A stretch of 52,136 nt of DNA from Planctomycetota bacterium (lineage in GTDB: Bacteria; Planctomycetota; GCA-002687715; DRQF01): the NCBI GenBank assembly GCA_036479435.1, contig JAZGFI010000006.1, positions 1 to 52,136 on the forward strand, given 5' to 3'. Under the pieces are notes generated by a model, which did not search any database, was not told the DNA's origin, and saw only the letters and a list, made by a program, of their open reading frames with translations. The position numbers and the translations under genes are program-made. Below are positions 35,595-45,567 of this stretch, piece by piece (the stretch's first letter is position 1; each line of letters begins with the position of its first letter).

Positions 35595-36589
35595 GCTTGG
35601 GCGCCTTTTGTGAATGGTTGTGAGCTAGTGGTGTTGGCGAGTTCCGTTATCGAAAAAGCCATGCTGCTTCCCTTGCGGCCCAGAGTGCCGCGGTATTTTT
35701 CGACGCCCTCAACCAAGAAAGTAAAGGCGTCACCTGGCTTGGTGTCGAGCACAATGACGTCTCCCTCTTCTAGCTCGGTAACTTCCGCCAAAGTCAGTTC
35801 ACGGGAGCCGACGTTGATACTCGTATCGACCTGAACGTCGGCAATCCTCGTTTCAAGCGCGTGGCGGCGACCGACAACGCTTTCTTCGCTTTGCACCGGA
35901 AGACTCGCGACCGCCTCAATGGCGGGCAAAAGCTCCGCGAAGGGTAGCGCTAGAACGAAATCCCACTGGGTGTCTTCATCGAGGCTTGCGCTGTAGCGCG
36001 CCACGATGCAGCTTTCGGCTTCGGCGAAGGGACGAATCTCGTCTACGGAGTCAAAACTCCCGGTCCAGGCAATCGTAAGCGGCGTGATCGTCGAAAGGGA
36101 CTGTTGGTGCACCTGTAGAAAAGGCGACATGACGTTCGAGAGAACACGTTGTTCGATAGTCGTGAGATTGCGGCCCAGGGCCGTCTGTCGGCCCAATCCC
36201 CCCAGCAGAAGGTCAATGATCGAAGTGACCGTCAGCTCCGGCGTGATCAAGTAGGCCGGTTGGCCGAGTTCGTTGACGTCGAGCCGAAAAAGACAAGATG
36301 CTCCCGGCGTCTTTTCGATGAAGGGTCCGAAGCGTTGTTGGTCCAGGCTTTCGAGCTTGAACTCAATACGGTGGCGCAACACAGCACTGAACTCGGACGC
36401 CGACCGGGCCGCGATGGCCTCAAACCTGAGCCGCATCGCCGCGAGCAAATCCGGGCGCAAAAGATTCGGGTTTTCAGCTCCCCAATCCGAGGTGCGGTTA
36501 CGCAACTCTCGCTGCACCATCTTCCGCGAGCGGAAACGGCCAAGGAGGGCGTCGATACCTTGAATATCGAGAACGTCGTCTTGAGTCAT
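35591..36589 (-). CDS. fliM: Flagellar motor switch protein FliM
   Basis: N-terminal VL....IDALL CheY-binding-like peptide, IDLLLGG.G, R.LT.IE and a C-terminal SpoA domain; ATGA-coupled to fliN. Confidence 0.88.
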   Translation of the reverse strand: MTQDDVLDIQGIDALLGRFRSRKMVQRELRNRTSDWGAENPNLLRPDLLAAMRLRFEAIAARSASEFSAVLRHRIEFKLESLDQQRFGPFIEKTPGASCLFRLDVNELGQPAYLITPELTVTSIIDLLLGGLGRQTALGRNLTTIEQRVLSNVMSPFLQVHQQSLSTITPLTIAWTGSFDSVDEIRPFAEAESCIVARYSASLDEDTQWDFVLALPFAELLPAIEAVASLPVQSEESVVGRRHALETRIADVQVDTSINVGSRELTLAEVTELEEGDVIVLDTKPGDAFTFLVEGVEKYRGTLGRKGSSMAFSITELANTTSSQPFTKGAQA

Positions 36590-36680
36590 GAATTCCCGGT
36601 GGCCACGGCTCGGTTCAATAGGACCTTGCCTGCATAATTATCGTTCGCAAACCCAAGCGACTGAAGGGAAAGGGCCAAGC

Positions 36681-37511
36681 TCAGGCTTGGAAGTCGCCCG
36701 CGGCCATCGTGAGAACCTGCCCTGAGATCGCTCCGGCGGCTGAAGAAGCCAACCAAGCGACCATGGCGGCAACTTCGTCCGGCTCGACGATGCGGCCAAG
36801 CGGAAGATTTTTCTCGACTTTTGACCGCGCCTCGGCGGGAGTTGTCGCAGATTCCGACGCAATCGCTTCAAAACCCTGCTGCGCCATGGCGGTGTCGGTC
36901 CAGCCCGGACAAACCGCGTTAACCGTGATCCGCATGGGGGCGAGATCACAAGCGAGAGCCCTGGCCAACCCGATCGTCGCAGCTTTAGAGGCGCCGTAAA
37001 TCGAAAACCCCGGAACGCCCATGCGACCGAGGAGGCTCGCAATCAGAATCACGCGGCCCCTGCCGCCCTCAACCAAAGTCGGAGGGCCATCGGGCTCCGG
37101 CCGCCGGCGCGGGGCCAGCTCCCGAACCATGCGGTGATTCGCCCCGGCATTGAGCTCCAAGGTGCGATCAAGATGGGCCAGCGCAGCCAAGTCGTCCTTA
37201 GGGTCAGGGCCACCCTCCCCTGCGTTGCCGACGAAGACTTCGAGTTTCGAGTGGCGTTGGCCCATTTCTTTTAGCCACGCATGAGTCGCGTCGCGGTCTC
37301 GAAGGTCCAGCGCCGCCGCTCCCACGACGGCGTCGCCAATCTGGGCGACCGCAACGTCCAGCTCCTGAGGATCGAGGTTGGTGAGTTCAAGTCGGTAGCC
37401 GTCGGCGGCAAAGCGCTTCGCGATGGCCAAACCAATGCCACGGCCGGCGCCGGTGACCAGAGCCAAAGGTCGTTGATCTGAAGTGCCATGAGCTGTGGAG
37501 CTGGAAGCCAT
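36681..37511 (-). CDS. SDR family NAD(P)-dependent oxidoreductase
   Basis: TGAGRGIG, NAG, YGASK, NAVCPG. Confidence 0.92.
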   Translation of the reverse strand: MASSSTAHGTSDQRPLALVTGAGRGIGLAIAKRFAADGYRLELTNLDPQELDVAVAQIGDAVVGAAALDLRDRDATHAWLKEMGQRHSKLEVFVGNAGEGGPDPKDDLAALAHLDRTLELNAGANHRMVRELAPRRRPEPDGPPTLVEGGRGRVILIASLLGRMGVPGFSIYGASKAATIGLARALACDLAPMRITVNAVCPGWTDTAMAQQGFEAIASESATTPAEARSKVEKNLPLGRIVEPDEVAAMVAWLASSAAGAISGQVLTMAAGDFQA

Positions 37512-37538
37512 GAACGCAGTCTGAAACGCAGACTCGGA

Positions 37539-38177
37539 TCAGTCAAGCAGGCCGCGTTGGCCGAAGGCCTCCCGCAGCTTGCCCGACTTCTCGAACCGGA
37601 TCGCATCCATCCCCATTTTCGCCGCGACCGCTACGTTCTTGGCGTTGTCGTCCACGAAAATCGCGCCCTCCGCGCGCATCTCGGCCAACGCCAAAGCGCG
37701 CTCAAAGGCGGCCACATCGGGTTTCCGGAGACCCTCATGGCAAGAAACAAAGGTCCAGCGGCCAAAGCGGCTCAAACCGAGCCGACTCTCGATTTCGCGG
37801 TACCAATCGCTGTAGTTGGAGACGAAATGCAGCACAACTCCGCGCTCGCTAAGCTCTGCGCAAAGCTCCTCCATGCCCTCCAACCAGGAATAAGCCTCAA
37901 ATGTCGATCGCTTCAAACCCTCGATATCGAAAGGCCTGCGGTCCAAAAAGAAATTGTCCACAAACCAGGCTTCGTCGCGAACCCCTTCTTCGAACAGACG
38001 CCAAGCGTCGGGATGCTTGAGGGCAATCAGCTCCTCCAAGTCGAAGCCAAAAAAGGCCGGCATCACCCGATAGAACGGGTCATAGACCAAAGTGCTCATG
38101 ACGTCGATGAGCAAAGATTGCGGGGCTGAAGGCTGCACGGTTCGTCTCGGGGTTAGGCCGTTAATGGTGTCCCTCAC
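37539..38177 (-). CDS. HAD-superfamily hydrolase resembling plant plastid FMN hydrolase (FHY1-like)
   Basis: LLIDVMSTLVYDPFY...PAFFG...KHP, SNY, G.RKPD and FVDD motifs; start may be GTG 38138. Confidence 0.85.
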   Translation of the reverse strand: MRDTINGLTPRRTVQPSAPQSLLIDVMSTLVYDPFYRVMPAFFGFDLEELIALKHPDAWRLFEEGVRDEAWFVDNFFLDRRPFDIEGLKRSTFEAYSWLEGMEELCAELSERGVVLHFVSNYSDWYREIESRLGLSRFGRWTFVSCHEGLRKPDVAAFERALALAEMRAEGAIFVDDNAKNVAVAAKMGMDAIRFEKSGKLREAFGQRGLLD

Positions 38178-38235
38178 TGTGGCAAGGCGGCGCTCGGCGT
38201 CAAGACAATCGCCCCAAACGGTCGATCTGGACTAA

Positions 38236-38424
38236 ATGCGGGACTCCAAACCCAAAACACGCGGCTTCCTCGGCATCTTTTTTGATTGCTGCCAAACCTA
38301 CGGCCGCATCTATGCCAATGCCGCCAACAGCCACTACGCTGGCCATTGCCCGCGCTGCCTGCGCCCCATCCGCATCCGAATCGGCCAAGGCGGCAGCAAG
38401 CAGCGCTTGTTCAGAGCCCGCTAG
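38236..38424 (+). CDS. Small Cys-rich zinc-ribbon-like protein (F.CC..Y.RIY.N...Y.G.CPRC)
   Basis: 62 aa, four Cys in a CC + CxxC arrangement, coding-like codon usage, directly upstream of the fliO operon. Confidence 0.8.
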   Translation: MRDSKPKTRGFLGIFFDCCQTYGRIYANAANSHYAGHCPRCLRPIRIRIGQGGSKQRLFRAR

Positions 38425-38480
38425 GCAAGCTCGGTACCGCGGCGGAAAAGTCTTCTGCACCGTCGCAATGAACGGCAGCC

Positions 38481-38497
38481 TGTCGAATTATCCGACG
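38481..38497. promoter_or_regulatory. Candidate enhancer (UAS) TGTCGAATTATCCGACG
   Basis: About 100 bp upstream of the sigma-54 promoter at 38595; near-copy of the 34160 palindrome. Confidence 0.55.
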
Positions 38498-38594
38498 GTT
38501 CACGTCAACCTCCCCCATCGCCGCCTCGGCGCACCCACCACCTAACTCCATTGAAGCGAGCGCCTTAGATCAGCTTGGCTCCATCCACTGTACT

Positions 38595-38610
38595 TGGCAC
38601 GCCGCTCGCT
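38595..38610 (+). promoter_or_regulatory. Sigma-54 -24/-12 promoter TGGCACG-CCGC-TCGCT for the fliO-flhA operon
   Basis: Exact TGGCACG with GG-N10-GC spacing, 60 nt upstream of GTG 38671. Confidence 0.75.
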
Positions 38611-38670
38611 AACTATCCGCCTCGCGCACCTTGGGGTGCCGTCTTTAGTCGAGTCGGAAAGGATGACCAG

Positions 38671-39387
38671 GTGCGCCGGAAACTTCTGCAGAAGCTCGGA
38701 CGTGGTGCTGATGCCAAACTGACACTCGCGGGCGCGGGCCTGCTGGTGATCGCGGCATTTCTCGGCGCCAGCCTCATTGATTTCGATGGTCCTTCGACGC
38801 CAGATGAAGACTCGAAGCAAGACGCGAAGTTGGCACTCACCGAAAGCGCCGCGCTGCCCATAGGAGCTAAGGCTAGCGATTCCAAACCCAAAACTAGCCC
38901 GCTTAGACAACGCAAGTCTTTGCGGCCGCCGCGAGCCACGAACGTTGCTTCGCCGGGAAGGTTGATCACCGGTTTTCTCATCGTGCTGTGCTTGGGGGTG
39001 GGCGGGATTCTGTTCGGTCGCAAGTTCTTGAAGCGGGTTCGCATGACCCCGCAAGGAAAACGCATTCTGTCTGTGGTGGACGCCATTCCTTTGGGTGGGA
39101 AACGACAGATCTATGTCGTGGAAGTTTACGGTCGCCGCATTGTGGTCGGGGCGACCGCCGATTCGCTCAGCGTACTCAGCGAGTTTGAGGCCTGTGATCT
39201 GGAGCTTGGTGACGCCGCCGATGCGGCAACGAACAACACCGTGGTCGCAGCTAAGACCGAACGAATCGCCGCCTCCAAGGTTCGAGCGCCCAAGACTGCT
39301 GTCGGCGCCGGGGACCTTCCGAACGACTTCAAGCAAATGCTTGAACGACAAAGCCGCAACACCACTTCCATCGAGATCGAAGCATGA
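38671..39387 (+). CDS. fliO: Flagellar biosynthesis protein FliO/FliZ family
   Basis: TM segment then LSVVDAIPLGGKRQIYVVEVYGRRIVVG; ATGA-coupled to fliP; start moved downstream of the sigma-54 site. Confidence 0.85.
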   Translation: MRRKLLQKLGRGADAKLTLAGAGLLVIAAFLGASLIDFDGPSTPDEDSKQDAKLALTESAALPIGAKASDSKPKTSPLRQRKSLRPPRATNVASPGRLITGFLIVLCLGVGGILFGRKFLKRVRMTPQGKRILSVVDAIPLGGKRQIYVVEVYGRRIVVGATADSLSVLSEFEACDLELGDAADAATNNTVVAAKTERIAASKVRAPKTAVGAGDLPNDFKQMLERQSRNTTSIEIEA

Positions 39388-40130
39388 TGCGCCGCCTTCT
39401 CCTCAGTCTGTTTGCCTTACTTGGCGCTCCCGCCATCGCGCTGGCGCAAGACAATGTGCTCCCTGATCTGTCGGGGGTCGGCAGCGGTGACGGCGATCTT
39501 TCGTCGCCCGTCAACATCGTCTTGGTGCTCACAGCTTTAGCTTTGGCTCCGGCGATCCTCATGACGGTGACGGCCTTCACGCGCATCGTGATCGTTTTGT
39601 CCTTCGTGAGAAAAGCGCTCTCCGTGCAGGACATGCCTCCGAATCAGGTGGTCATTGGCTTGGCCCTATTTTTGACCATCGTCGCGATGAACCCGACGCT
39701 CACCGAGATCTATGAGCAAGCCGCCAAGCCCTACATGGAAGACGAGATCGGCTTCGCGGTTGCAAGCGAACGCGCCTTGGACAGCCTTCATGTCTTCATG
39801 CGCCAGCACACGCACGAAGATGAGATCGAGCTCTTTTTGGAACTGACCGAAACGCCGCCGCCGGAGACGCCGGAGCAGGTGCCCATCACGGTCATGATTC
39901 CGGCTTTTGCGCTCTCGGAGGTGAAGATCGCCTTCAAGATGGGCTTTTTGATCTACATCCCGTTTTTGGTCGTCGACATTGTGATCGCCAGCATCTTGCT
40001 CGCGATGGGCATGTTCATGTTGCCGCCCGTCATCATCTCAACCCCCTTCAAGATTCTTCTCTTCGTCATGGTGGACGGCTGGACGCTCGTCATCGGTTCG
40101 CTGATGCAAAGCTTCCAGGTGCCACTTTGA
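39384..40130 (+). CDS. fliP: Flagellar export gate protein FliP
   Basis: T.FTRIVIVLS, PPNQV, IPAFALSE, MGMFMLPP, PFKILLFV.VDGW. Confidence 0.96.
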   Translation: MMRRLLLSLFALLGAPAIALAQDNVLPDLSGVGSGDGDLSSPVNIVLVLTALALAPAILMTVTAFTRIVIVLSFVRKALSVQDMPPNQVVIGLALFLTIVAMNPTLTEIYEQAAKPYMEDEIGFAVASERALDSLHVFMRQHTHEDEIELFLELTETPPPETPEQVPITVMIPAFALSEVKIAFKMGFLIYIPFLVVDIVIASILLAMGMFMLPPVIISTPFKILLFVMVDGWTLVIGSLMQSFQVPL

Positions 40131-40144
40131 GAAAGGCCTAAGCC

Positions 40145-40414
40145 ATGGATGAAAACTACATCGTGAATCTCGGAGGAGAGATGTTCCGCCTGACCGCCCT
40201 CATCGCCGCACCGGCCATGCTGGTGGGAATGATGGTGGGCATCGTGATGGCCTTGTTTCAGGCTATCACCAGCGTCCAAGAACAGACCCTGACCATGATC
40301 CCGAAGATCTTTGCGGTCGCTTTAACGCTCGTTCTCATGATGCCTTGGATCTTGCACACGCTGGTGTCGTTCACCGCCGAGATCTTCCGCTCCCTCGGCG
40401 ATGCGATCTACTAG
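40145..40414 (+). CDS. fliQ: Flagellar export gate protein FliQ
   Basis: FQAITSVQEQTLT.IPK; GGA-poor RBS but correct size (89 aa) and position. Confidence 0.95.
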   Translation: MDENYIVNLGGEMFRLTALIAAPAMLVGMMVGIVMALFQAITSVQEQTLTMIPKIFAVALTLVLMMPWILHTLVSFTAEIFRSLGDAIY

Positions 40415-40423
40415 GAACTAACG

Positions 40424-41194
40424 GTGGATCAAGAAACCCTCGAAGTTTTCGTGCGCTTTCACTTTCTGCATTGGGCGCGATGCGTGGCCATGCTGGGCCC
40501 GATCCCCATTTTCGGCGAAGGCGTGGGAGCTCGCGTTGGCAAGCTCGGCCTCGGCATCATGCTGGGCTCCATCTTCGCCTTGAATTCAGGCATGGGCGAG
40601 TTCGCCGATCCCGGTTTTGGCATGCGCCTTTTTCTTTGCCTCGCAAACGAGGCCTTGCTCGGGATTCTGTTTGGCTTCGTAGCGAACATTGCGTTCTCAG
40701 CGATTCGCATCGCCGGCCACCTCATTGGTACCGAAATGGGCTTCAGTATGGCGAGCATTCAAGACCCTATTACCGGAGTCAACGTCCAGGTCGTCGCGCA
40801 CATCATCGAGTCCTTTAGCTTTTTGTTGTTCTTCGCCGTAGGAGGGCATCACACCCTTCTCCGCGCGCTCTACCAATCATTTGATCGCTACCGCGTTGGC
40901 GAGCTTGGGCTCAGTCGTGAGCTGATTGAAGCCGTGGTGATCTACAGCTCCGGCATCTTCGCCGCGGCCTTTCAGCTCGCGGCCCCGATCTTCGTCGCCA
41001 TGATTCTGACCGGAGTGTCCTTGGCGATCCTCGCCAAGTTAGCGCCTCAGTTGCAAATCATGCAGTTCGCATTCAGTTTCAAGATCTTAGCCGGGATCAT
41101 GTTGATCTTGGCCACTCTGCCCACCTTGGTCGCCTCGATGCACTTCATCTTTGACCGCGGCGATCAGTTCTTCCTCGAAATCACGAGTCCCTGA
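40424..41194 (+). CDS. fliR: Flagellar export gate protein FliR
   Basis: E.LLG..FG, AG..I...MGF, DP..G, GGHH, APQLQI. Confidence 0.93.
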   Translation: MDQETLEVFVRFHFLHWARCVAMLGPIPIFGEGVGARVGKLGLGIMLGSIFALNSGMGEFADPGFGMRLFLCLANEALLGILFGFVANIAFSAIRIAGHLIGTEMGFSMASIQDPITGVNVQVVAHIIESFSFLLFFAVGGHHTLLRALYQSFDRYRVGELGLSRELIEAVVIYSSGIFAAAFQLAAPIFVAMILTGVSLAILAKLAPQLQIMQFAFSFKILAGIMLILATLPTLVASMHFIFDRGDQFFLEITSP

Positions 41195-42274
41195 ATGGCG
41201 GACGAAAGTAGCGGAGAAAAAACAGAGCAACCGACGGCCAAAAAACTGTCGGAAGCGCGCGAAAAAGGCAACGTGGCGATGAGCAAAGAAGTGCTCGGCG
41301 CGACGGTGTTTATCATTGGTATCAGCACCATCAAGATCACCGGCGGCGAGCTCTTCGATACCATCGCCGACCTCATGCGAACGATGTTTAGCCTGCCGGT
41401 CGACCGGCTCTACGACCTCAGCGGCCCAACCCAACTCCTGCAAGGTCTCGGCGGAGAGATCGGCAGCATCTTGATGCCCATTATGATCGCTCTCTTCGTA
41501 GCCGTCGGCCTCGCGGGGTTCTTGCAGGTTGGCATCGGATTCTCATTGAAACCTCTATCGCCCGACGCGACGAAACTCGACCCGGTCAAAGGAGTGAAGA
41601 AGCTCTTCGGGCTCGACAACATGATGCTCACCGGGATGAGCCTCGTGAAGATGACCTTGGTTGGCATCGTCGCGGTGTATGTGGTCGTCAACTCCCTAGA
41701 AACCGTCGCCGGACTTGCCGACAAGGACATTGAAACCTCGGGCCTAGTCTTAGCGGCACTGCTGTTCAACTTGGTTTTCAAGATTGCGGCGGGCCTTACC
41801 CTCATCGCGCTCATCGACCTTTTCTACCGGCGTTGGAAGCACAACAAAGACCTCATGATGAGCAAGCAAGAGGTCAAGGATGAGGGGAAGATGGCCGAAG
41901 GCGATCCGCTGGTCAAAGCCAAGATTCGCGAGAACCAACGCAAGATGGCCATGCGAAGAATGAAAGGCGACGTCCAAGAGGCTGACGTTGTCGTAAGAAA
42001 CCCGACCCACTTTGCGGTGGCTTTGAAGTACGACGGCGATGCTCACGCACCGCGCGTCGTCGCCAAGGGGCGAGCGCTCATGGCTCTTCGCATTATTGAG
42101 ATCGCCGAGGAGGCTGGGGTGACCATCGTCGAGAACCGACCGCTCGCTCGCAACTTGTATCGCAGTGTTCGCGTTGGCGACTGGATTCCAGAGCGGCTCT
42201 TCATGGCTGTCGCAGAGGTCTTGTCCTACGTCTACCGCAAGCGCGGTCGCAAAATGAACCCGGCTGAAGGTTAA
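41195..42274 (+). CDS. flhB: Flagellar export protein FlhB
   Basis: EKTEQPT.KKL..AREKG, MSKQEVKDE.K..EGDP and the NPTH autocleavage motif. Confidence 0.96.
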   Translation: MADESSGEKTEQPTAKKLSEAREKGNVAMSKEVLGATVFIIGISTIKITGGELFDTIADLMRTMFSLPVDRLYDLSGPTQLLQGLGGEIGSILMPIMIALFVAVGLAGFLQVGIGFSLKPLSPDATKLDPVKGVKKLFGLDNMMLTGMSLVKMTLVGIVAVYVVVNSLETVAGLADKDIETSGLVLAALLFNLVFKIAAGLTLIALIDLFYRRWKHNKDLMMSKQEVKDEGKMAEGDPLVKAKIRENQRKMAMRRMKGDVQEADVVVRNPTHFAVALKYDGDAHAPRVVAKGRALMALRIIEIAEEAGVTIVENRPLARNLYRSVRVGDWIPERLFMAVAEVLSYVYRKRGRKMNPAEG

Positions 42275-42288
42275 AGGGACCCGCGACG

Positions 42289-44403
42289 ATGGCTGAGAAA
42301 CCCAAAAAGTCCGAAGGCCTTAGAGGCGAGATGATCCTCGGCTTTGGTGTCATGGCGATGATCTTCATGTTGATCATCCCCTTGCCGCCAGCCCTGCTCG
42401 ATATCCTGCTAGCGGTCAATATCGCTTTTGCCATCTTGGTCTTGTTGATCACCTTGGGCGCCAAGGAAGCGCTAGAACTTTCGACCTACCCGACGATTCT
42501 GTTACTCACGACACTCTTTAGGCTGGCGCTCAACGTCGCCTCAACCCGCTTGATTCTGCTCAAAGGACAGCCCGGAGAGGTCATTCAGGCCTTCGGCGAT
42601 TTTGTGGTCGGCGGCAACCTGGTCGTGGGGATCATCATCTTTGCGATCTTGGTCATCATTCAATTCATCGTCATCACCAAGGGTTCTGGCCGCGTGTCAG
42701 AAGTTGCCGCTCGCTTCACCCTGGACGCGATGCCCGGCAAGCAGATGGCGATCGACGCAGACCTCAATGCGGGTTTGATCGACGAAGAGCAAGCTCGTTC
42801 ACGACGCGAGAAGATCTCAAAAGAGGCTGAGTTCTACGGATCTATGGATGGAGCCTCGAAGTTCGTTCGCGGCGACGCCATCGCGGGGCTCATCATCAAT
42901 GCGGTCAACGTCGTCGGCGGCGTCGTCGTCGGGACGATGGGTGGCCTCGGGATTGCCGAGGCCTTGGAGCGCTACACCATTTTGACCATCGGGGATGGCT
43001 TGGTCAGTCAGATCCCAGCCCTCATCATCGCGGTGAGCGCGGGTCTACTGGTGACCAAGACTTCTTCCAATGAACGCGTCGCCGACGAGTTCAAGTTTCA
43101 GTTATTCGGCAACGTCCGCGCGATGGGCATCGGCGCCTCCGTCATGTGCCTGTTGGCGCTCATTCCCGGCTTTCCGAAACTCCCGTTCATCGTGATGGGG
43201 CTCGCGATATTTGCTCTGCAACGCAGCGTCATACGATCGAAAGCACAACAAGAAGCAGCTCCCCCTCCCGACCCGCTCCAAGAAGAAGAAGAGGAGGGAG
43301 CCGAGCTCACCCCCGAAGCTCTCGGACGCCTACTTGAAGTCGACCGCATGGGGATTGAAATCGGATTCAGACTCATCTCCCTCGTGGACACCGATAAAAA
43401 GGGCGGGCTGCTCGATCACATTGCGATGATAAGGCGGCAATTCGCCAAGGACCAAGGCATGGTGGTGCCCCCGATTCGCCTCAAAGACAATCTGAGCCTC
43501 GACCCGAATGCCTATCGCATCCTGATTTCCGGCCAGGAAGTCGCCAGGGGCGAACTTTATCCCAACCACGTTCTCGCGATGGACCCCGGCTCTGCCACTG
43601 AAGAGATCCAAGGAATTCGCGGCATCGACCCGACTTTCGGCATGCCCGCGACCTGGGTGCGTGACGAGAATCGCGCGGAAGCTGAAATGCTCGGTTATGC
43701 GGTTGTCGATGCGGTCAGTGTCATGATCACGCACCTTACGGAGACCATCCGGCGACACGGCGACGAGCTTTTGTCTCGCGATGACGTACAAACCCTACTC
43801 GACCGCTTGAAGGAACATTCACCAACCGTCGTCAAGGAATTGGTCCCGGACATTCTCGGCCTGGGTGAGATTCAGCAGGTCATGCAGAACCTGATGCGCG
43901 AGCGCGTGTCGGTGCGAAACCTCGGGCAAATTCTCGAAGTCCTGGCCGACCACGGCAAACAGATCAAAGACATCGGGCAACTCACCGAACTCGTCCGCCA
44001 ACGGCTCGCGCGTTCGATCTGCGCCCAGCACGCAAGCCCTGAGGGCATCCTCCACGCGATTGTCCTCGACCCCGAGCTCGAATCCGCCATCGAAGCCGAG
44101 GTCTTGGGCCAAGAATCTGCCGGGGGTCTGCAGGCCGCAGGTCTCCAACGGCTGCAAGAAAGTGCCGTCGACGCCTGGACCGCGGCCGTTCGCAAGGGTC
44201 ACCAACCGGTCATCTTGACGCGCGCGTCGGTGCGGCGGTACTTCGCCGAGATCTTCGCAGGCCTAAACCCGGCGCTGACGATCCTCTCCTACAACGAAGT
44301 GGCGCCGGTCAAACAGGTCGAGCCGGTCGGTCAGATTTCTTTGACAACTACAGAACCGCGGCCCGCTCCCCAGGCAGCGCCGCGAACCGCCGCAGCGAGA
44401 TAG
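42289..44403 (+). CDS. flhA: Flagellar export protein FlhA
   Basis: RVSEVAARFTLDAMPGKQMAIDADL, FYGSMDGASKFVRGDAIAG, LTIGDGLVSQIP. Confidence 0.97.
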   Translation: MAEKPKKSEGLRGEMILGFGVMAMIFMLIIPLPPALLDILLAVNIAFAILVLLITLGAKEALELSTYPTILLLTTLFRLALNVASTRLILLKGQPGEVIQAFGDFVVGGNLVVGIIIFAILVIIQFIVITKGSGRVSEVAARFTLDAMPGKQMAIDADLNAGLIDEEQARSRREKISKEAEFYGSMDGASKFVRGDAIAGLIINAVNVVGGVVVGTMGGLGIAEALERYTILTIGDGLVSQIPALIIAVSAGLLVTKTSSNERVADEFKFQLFGNVRAMGIGASVMCLLALIPGFPKLPFIVMGLAIFALQRSVIRSKAQQEAAPPPDPLQEEEEEGAELTPEALGRLLEVDRMGIEIGFRLISLVDTDKKGGLLDHIAMIRRQFAKDQGMVVPPIRLKDNLSLDPNAYRILISGQEVARGELYPNHVLAMDPGSATEEIQGIRGIDPTFGMPATWVRDENRAEAEMLGYAVVDAVSVMITHLTETIRRHGDELLSRDDVQTLLDRLKEHSPTVVKELVPDILGLGEIQQVMQNLMRERVSVRNLGQILEVLADHGKQIKDIGQLTELVRQRLARSICAQHASPEGILHAIVLDPELESAIEAEVLGQESAGGLQAAGLQRLQESAVDAWTAAVRKGHQPVILTRASVRRYFAEIFAGLNPALTILSYNEVAPVKQVEPVGQISLTTTEPRPAPQAAPRTAAAR

Positions 44404-44415
44404 TCCGCGTTAAGC

Positions 44416-44448
44416 AAAAAGAGACCCAAGCCCGTAAGCCTGGGTCTC
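44416..44448 (-). terminator. Intrinsic terminator for the 44495..45505 gene
   Basis: GAGACCCA/TGGGTCTC stem followed by U5 on the minus strand; a second 9-bp inverted repeat lies at 44455-44489. Confidence 0.75.
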
Positions 44449-44494
44449 CCGATACAGCGTTAGATTCCGCGCCGTTCGACCTAACGCTGAATTT

Positions 44495-45505
44495 CTAGCT
44501 ACAAAACGAAGGCGGAATGTCGATTTCGATCTCCGTTTCTGGTTCCGGTTCGGGCTCGGCTTCGGGCTCCGGCTCGAGTTCGAAGGGAGTGTTTAGCTCA
44601 ACGCTGGAAGCGGCCGGGAAGGACATGCCGACCGGTGCCATGAACTCGATCATCATGCCGATCGCCAAATCCGCCAGAGTGACGGCAACGGTCGGGGCGT
44701 CGATATCGACGTAGGTCGTGTCGCTGTTCACGAACACGCCGACATTGAGCACCGAGAAGCCCGAGGGACCGATGCCCTGGACGCGGCCTTTGACGCGCGC
44801 GAAGCCTTCAGAGTCTTCGAGGCAGAGTTCTTCCGCCACAACGTTGCCGTTCGCGTCGTAAAGTCCTTGGGCCACAATCCAGTCGCCAACCACCAAGTCG
44901 GACATCTGGGTGAAATTCTCGAACTGCGTCGTTGGCGTCACGACCATCGTGATGCCGGCGATCATGATCGAAGTCGTACTGCCGGCAACAAACTCGCCAC
45001 GAGCGCGGGCTCGGCTATTTTCACCGGGCGTGAGCAGCAAGGGCGCGGTCATGGTCGAGACGACTTCCACTTGGGTAGCGCCACTCAGGGCAAATCCAAA
45101 CATCGCGGTCGGGTCGTTGACCAGGGCTTGAAGCGAAGCCTCGGTTCCCACGGGGAAAGACCCGAGGCTACCCGGGGGCAGCATGAGTTCGGTGTTCCCG
45201 CTGGCATCGAGCTGACCGCCAATCGTGCCCCAGGGTTGATCCAAACGAATGTGCAGGGTGCCGAGACCCGGCACAACGGTGCCGGAGTTGTAGTTGCCGA
45301 AAAGCAAGAAGTAGTCGGCATTCGCCGGTCCTTCTAACTTCAGCACGCTCGGGTCCAGGCGACCCAAGAATGACTGGCGAGGATAAGCACCTTCATCATT
45401 TTCGTTGACAATGAGGGATGCCGCGGCTGAGTTGGTCTGTTGGCCGTAGGCGAAACCGCCCAGCATCAGGCAAAGGGCGAGGGCGAGGTGGAAAAATCGC
45501 ATCAT
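44495..45505 (-). CDS. Secreted protein with an N-terminal beta-rich domain, two DUF5666-like domains and an EP-repeat tail
   Basis: AAGGAG RBS, signal peptide, G....V...T.F/Y...L.VG..I...G repeats, EPEPEAEPEPEPE. Confidence 0.8.
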   Translation of the reverse strand: MMRFFHLALALCLMLGGFAYGQQTNSAAASLIVNENDEGAYPRQSFLGRLDPSVLKLEGPANADYFLLFGNYNSGTVVPGLGTLHIRLDQPWGTIGGQLDASGNTELMLPPGSLGSFPVGTEASLQALVNDPTAMFGFALSGATQVEVVSTMTAPLLLTPGENSRARARGEFVAGSTTSIMIAGITMVVTPTTQFENFTQMSDLVVGDWIVAQGLYDANGNVVAEELCLEDSEGFARVKGRVQGIGPSGFSVLNVGVFVNSDTTYVDIDAPTVAVTLADLAIGMMIEFMAPVGMSFPAASSVELNTPFELEPEPEAEPEPEPETEIEIDIPPSFCS

Positions 45506-45567
45506 GGACTCCTTTGGAATCGTGAAGGGGCGGCGCGGAGATGGTCTTTGGCGCAGTGCGGGGTAAG

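Noticed and set aside
36638..36664. Sigma-28-like promoter TCAG-N15-AACGATAA upstream of fliM
   Set aside because: Two mismatches in each box; too weak to call.
38671..44403. Non-flagellar type III secretion (injectisome)
   Set aside because: FliO, FliM and FliN plus the fliOPQR-flhBA order indicate the flagellar system.
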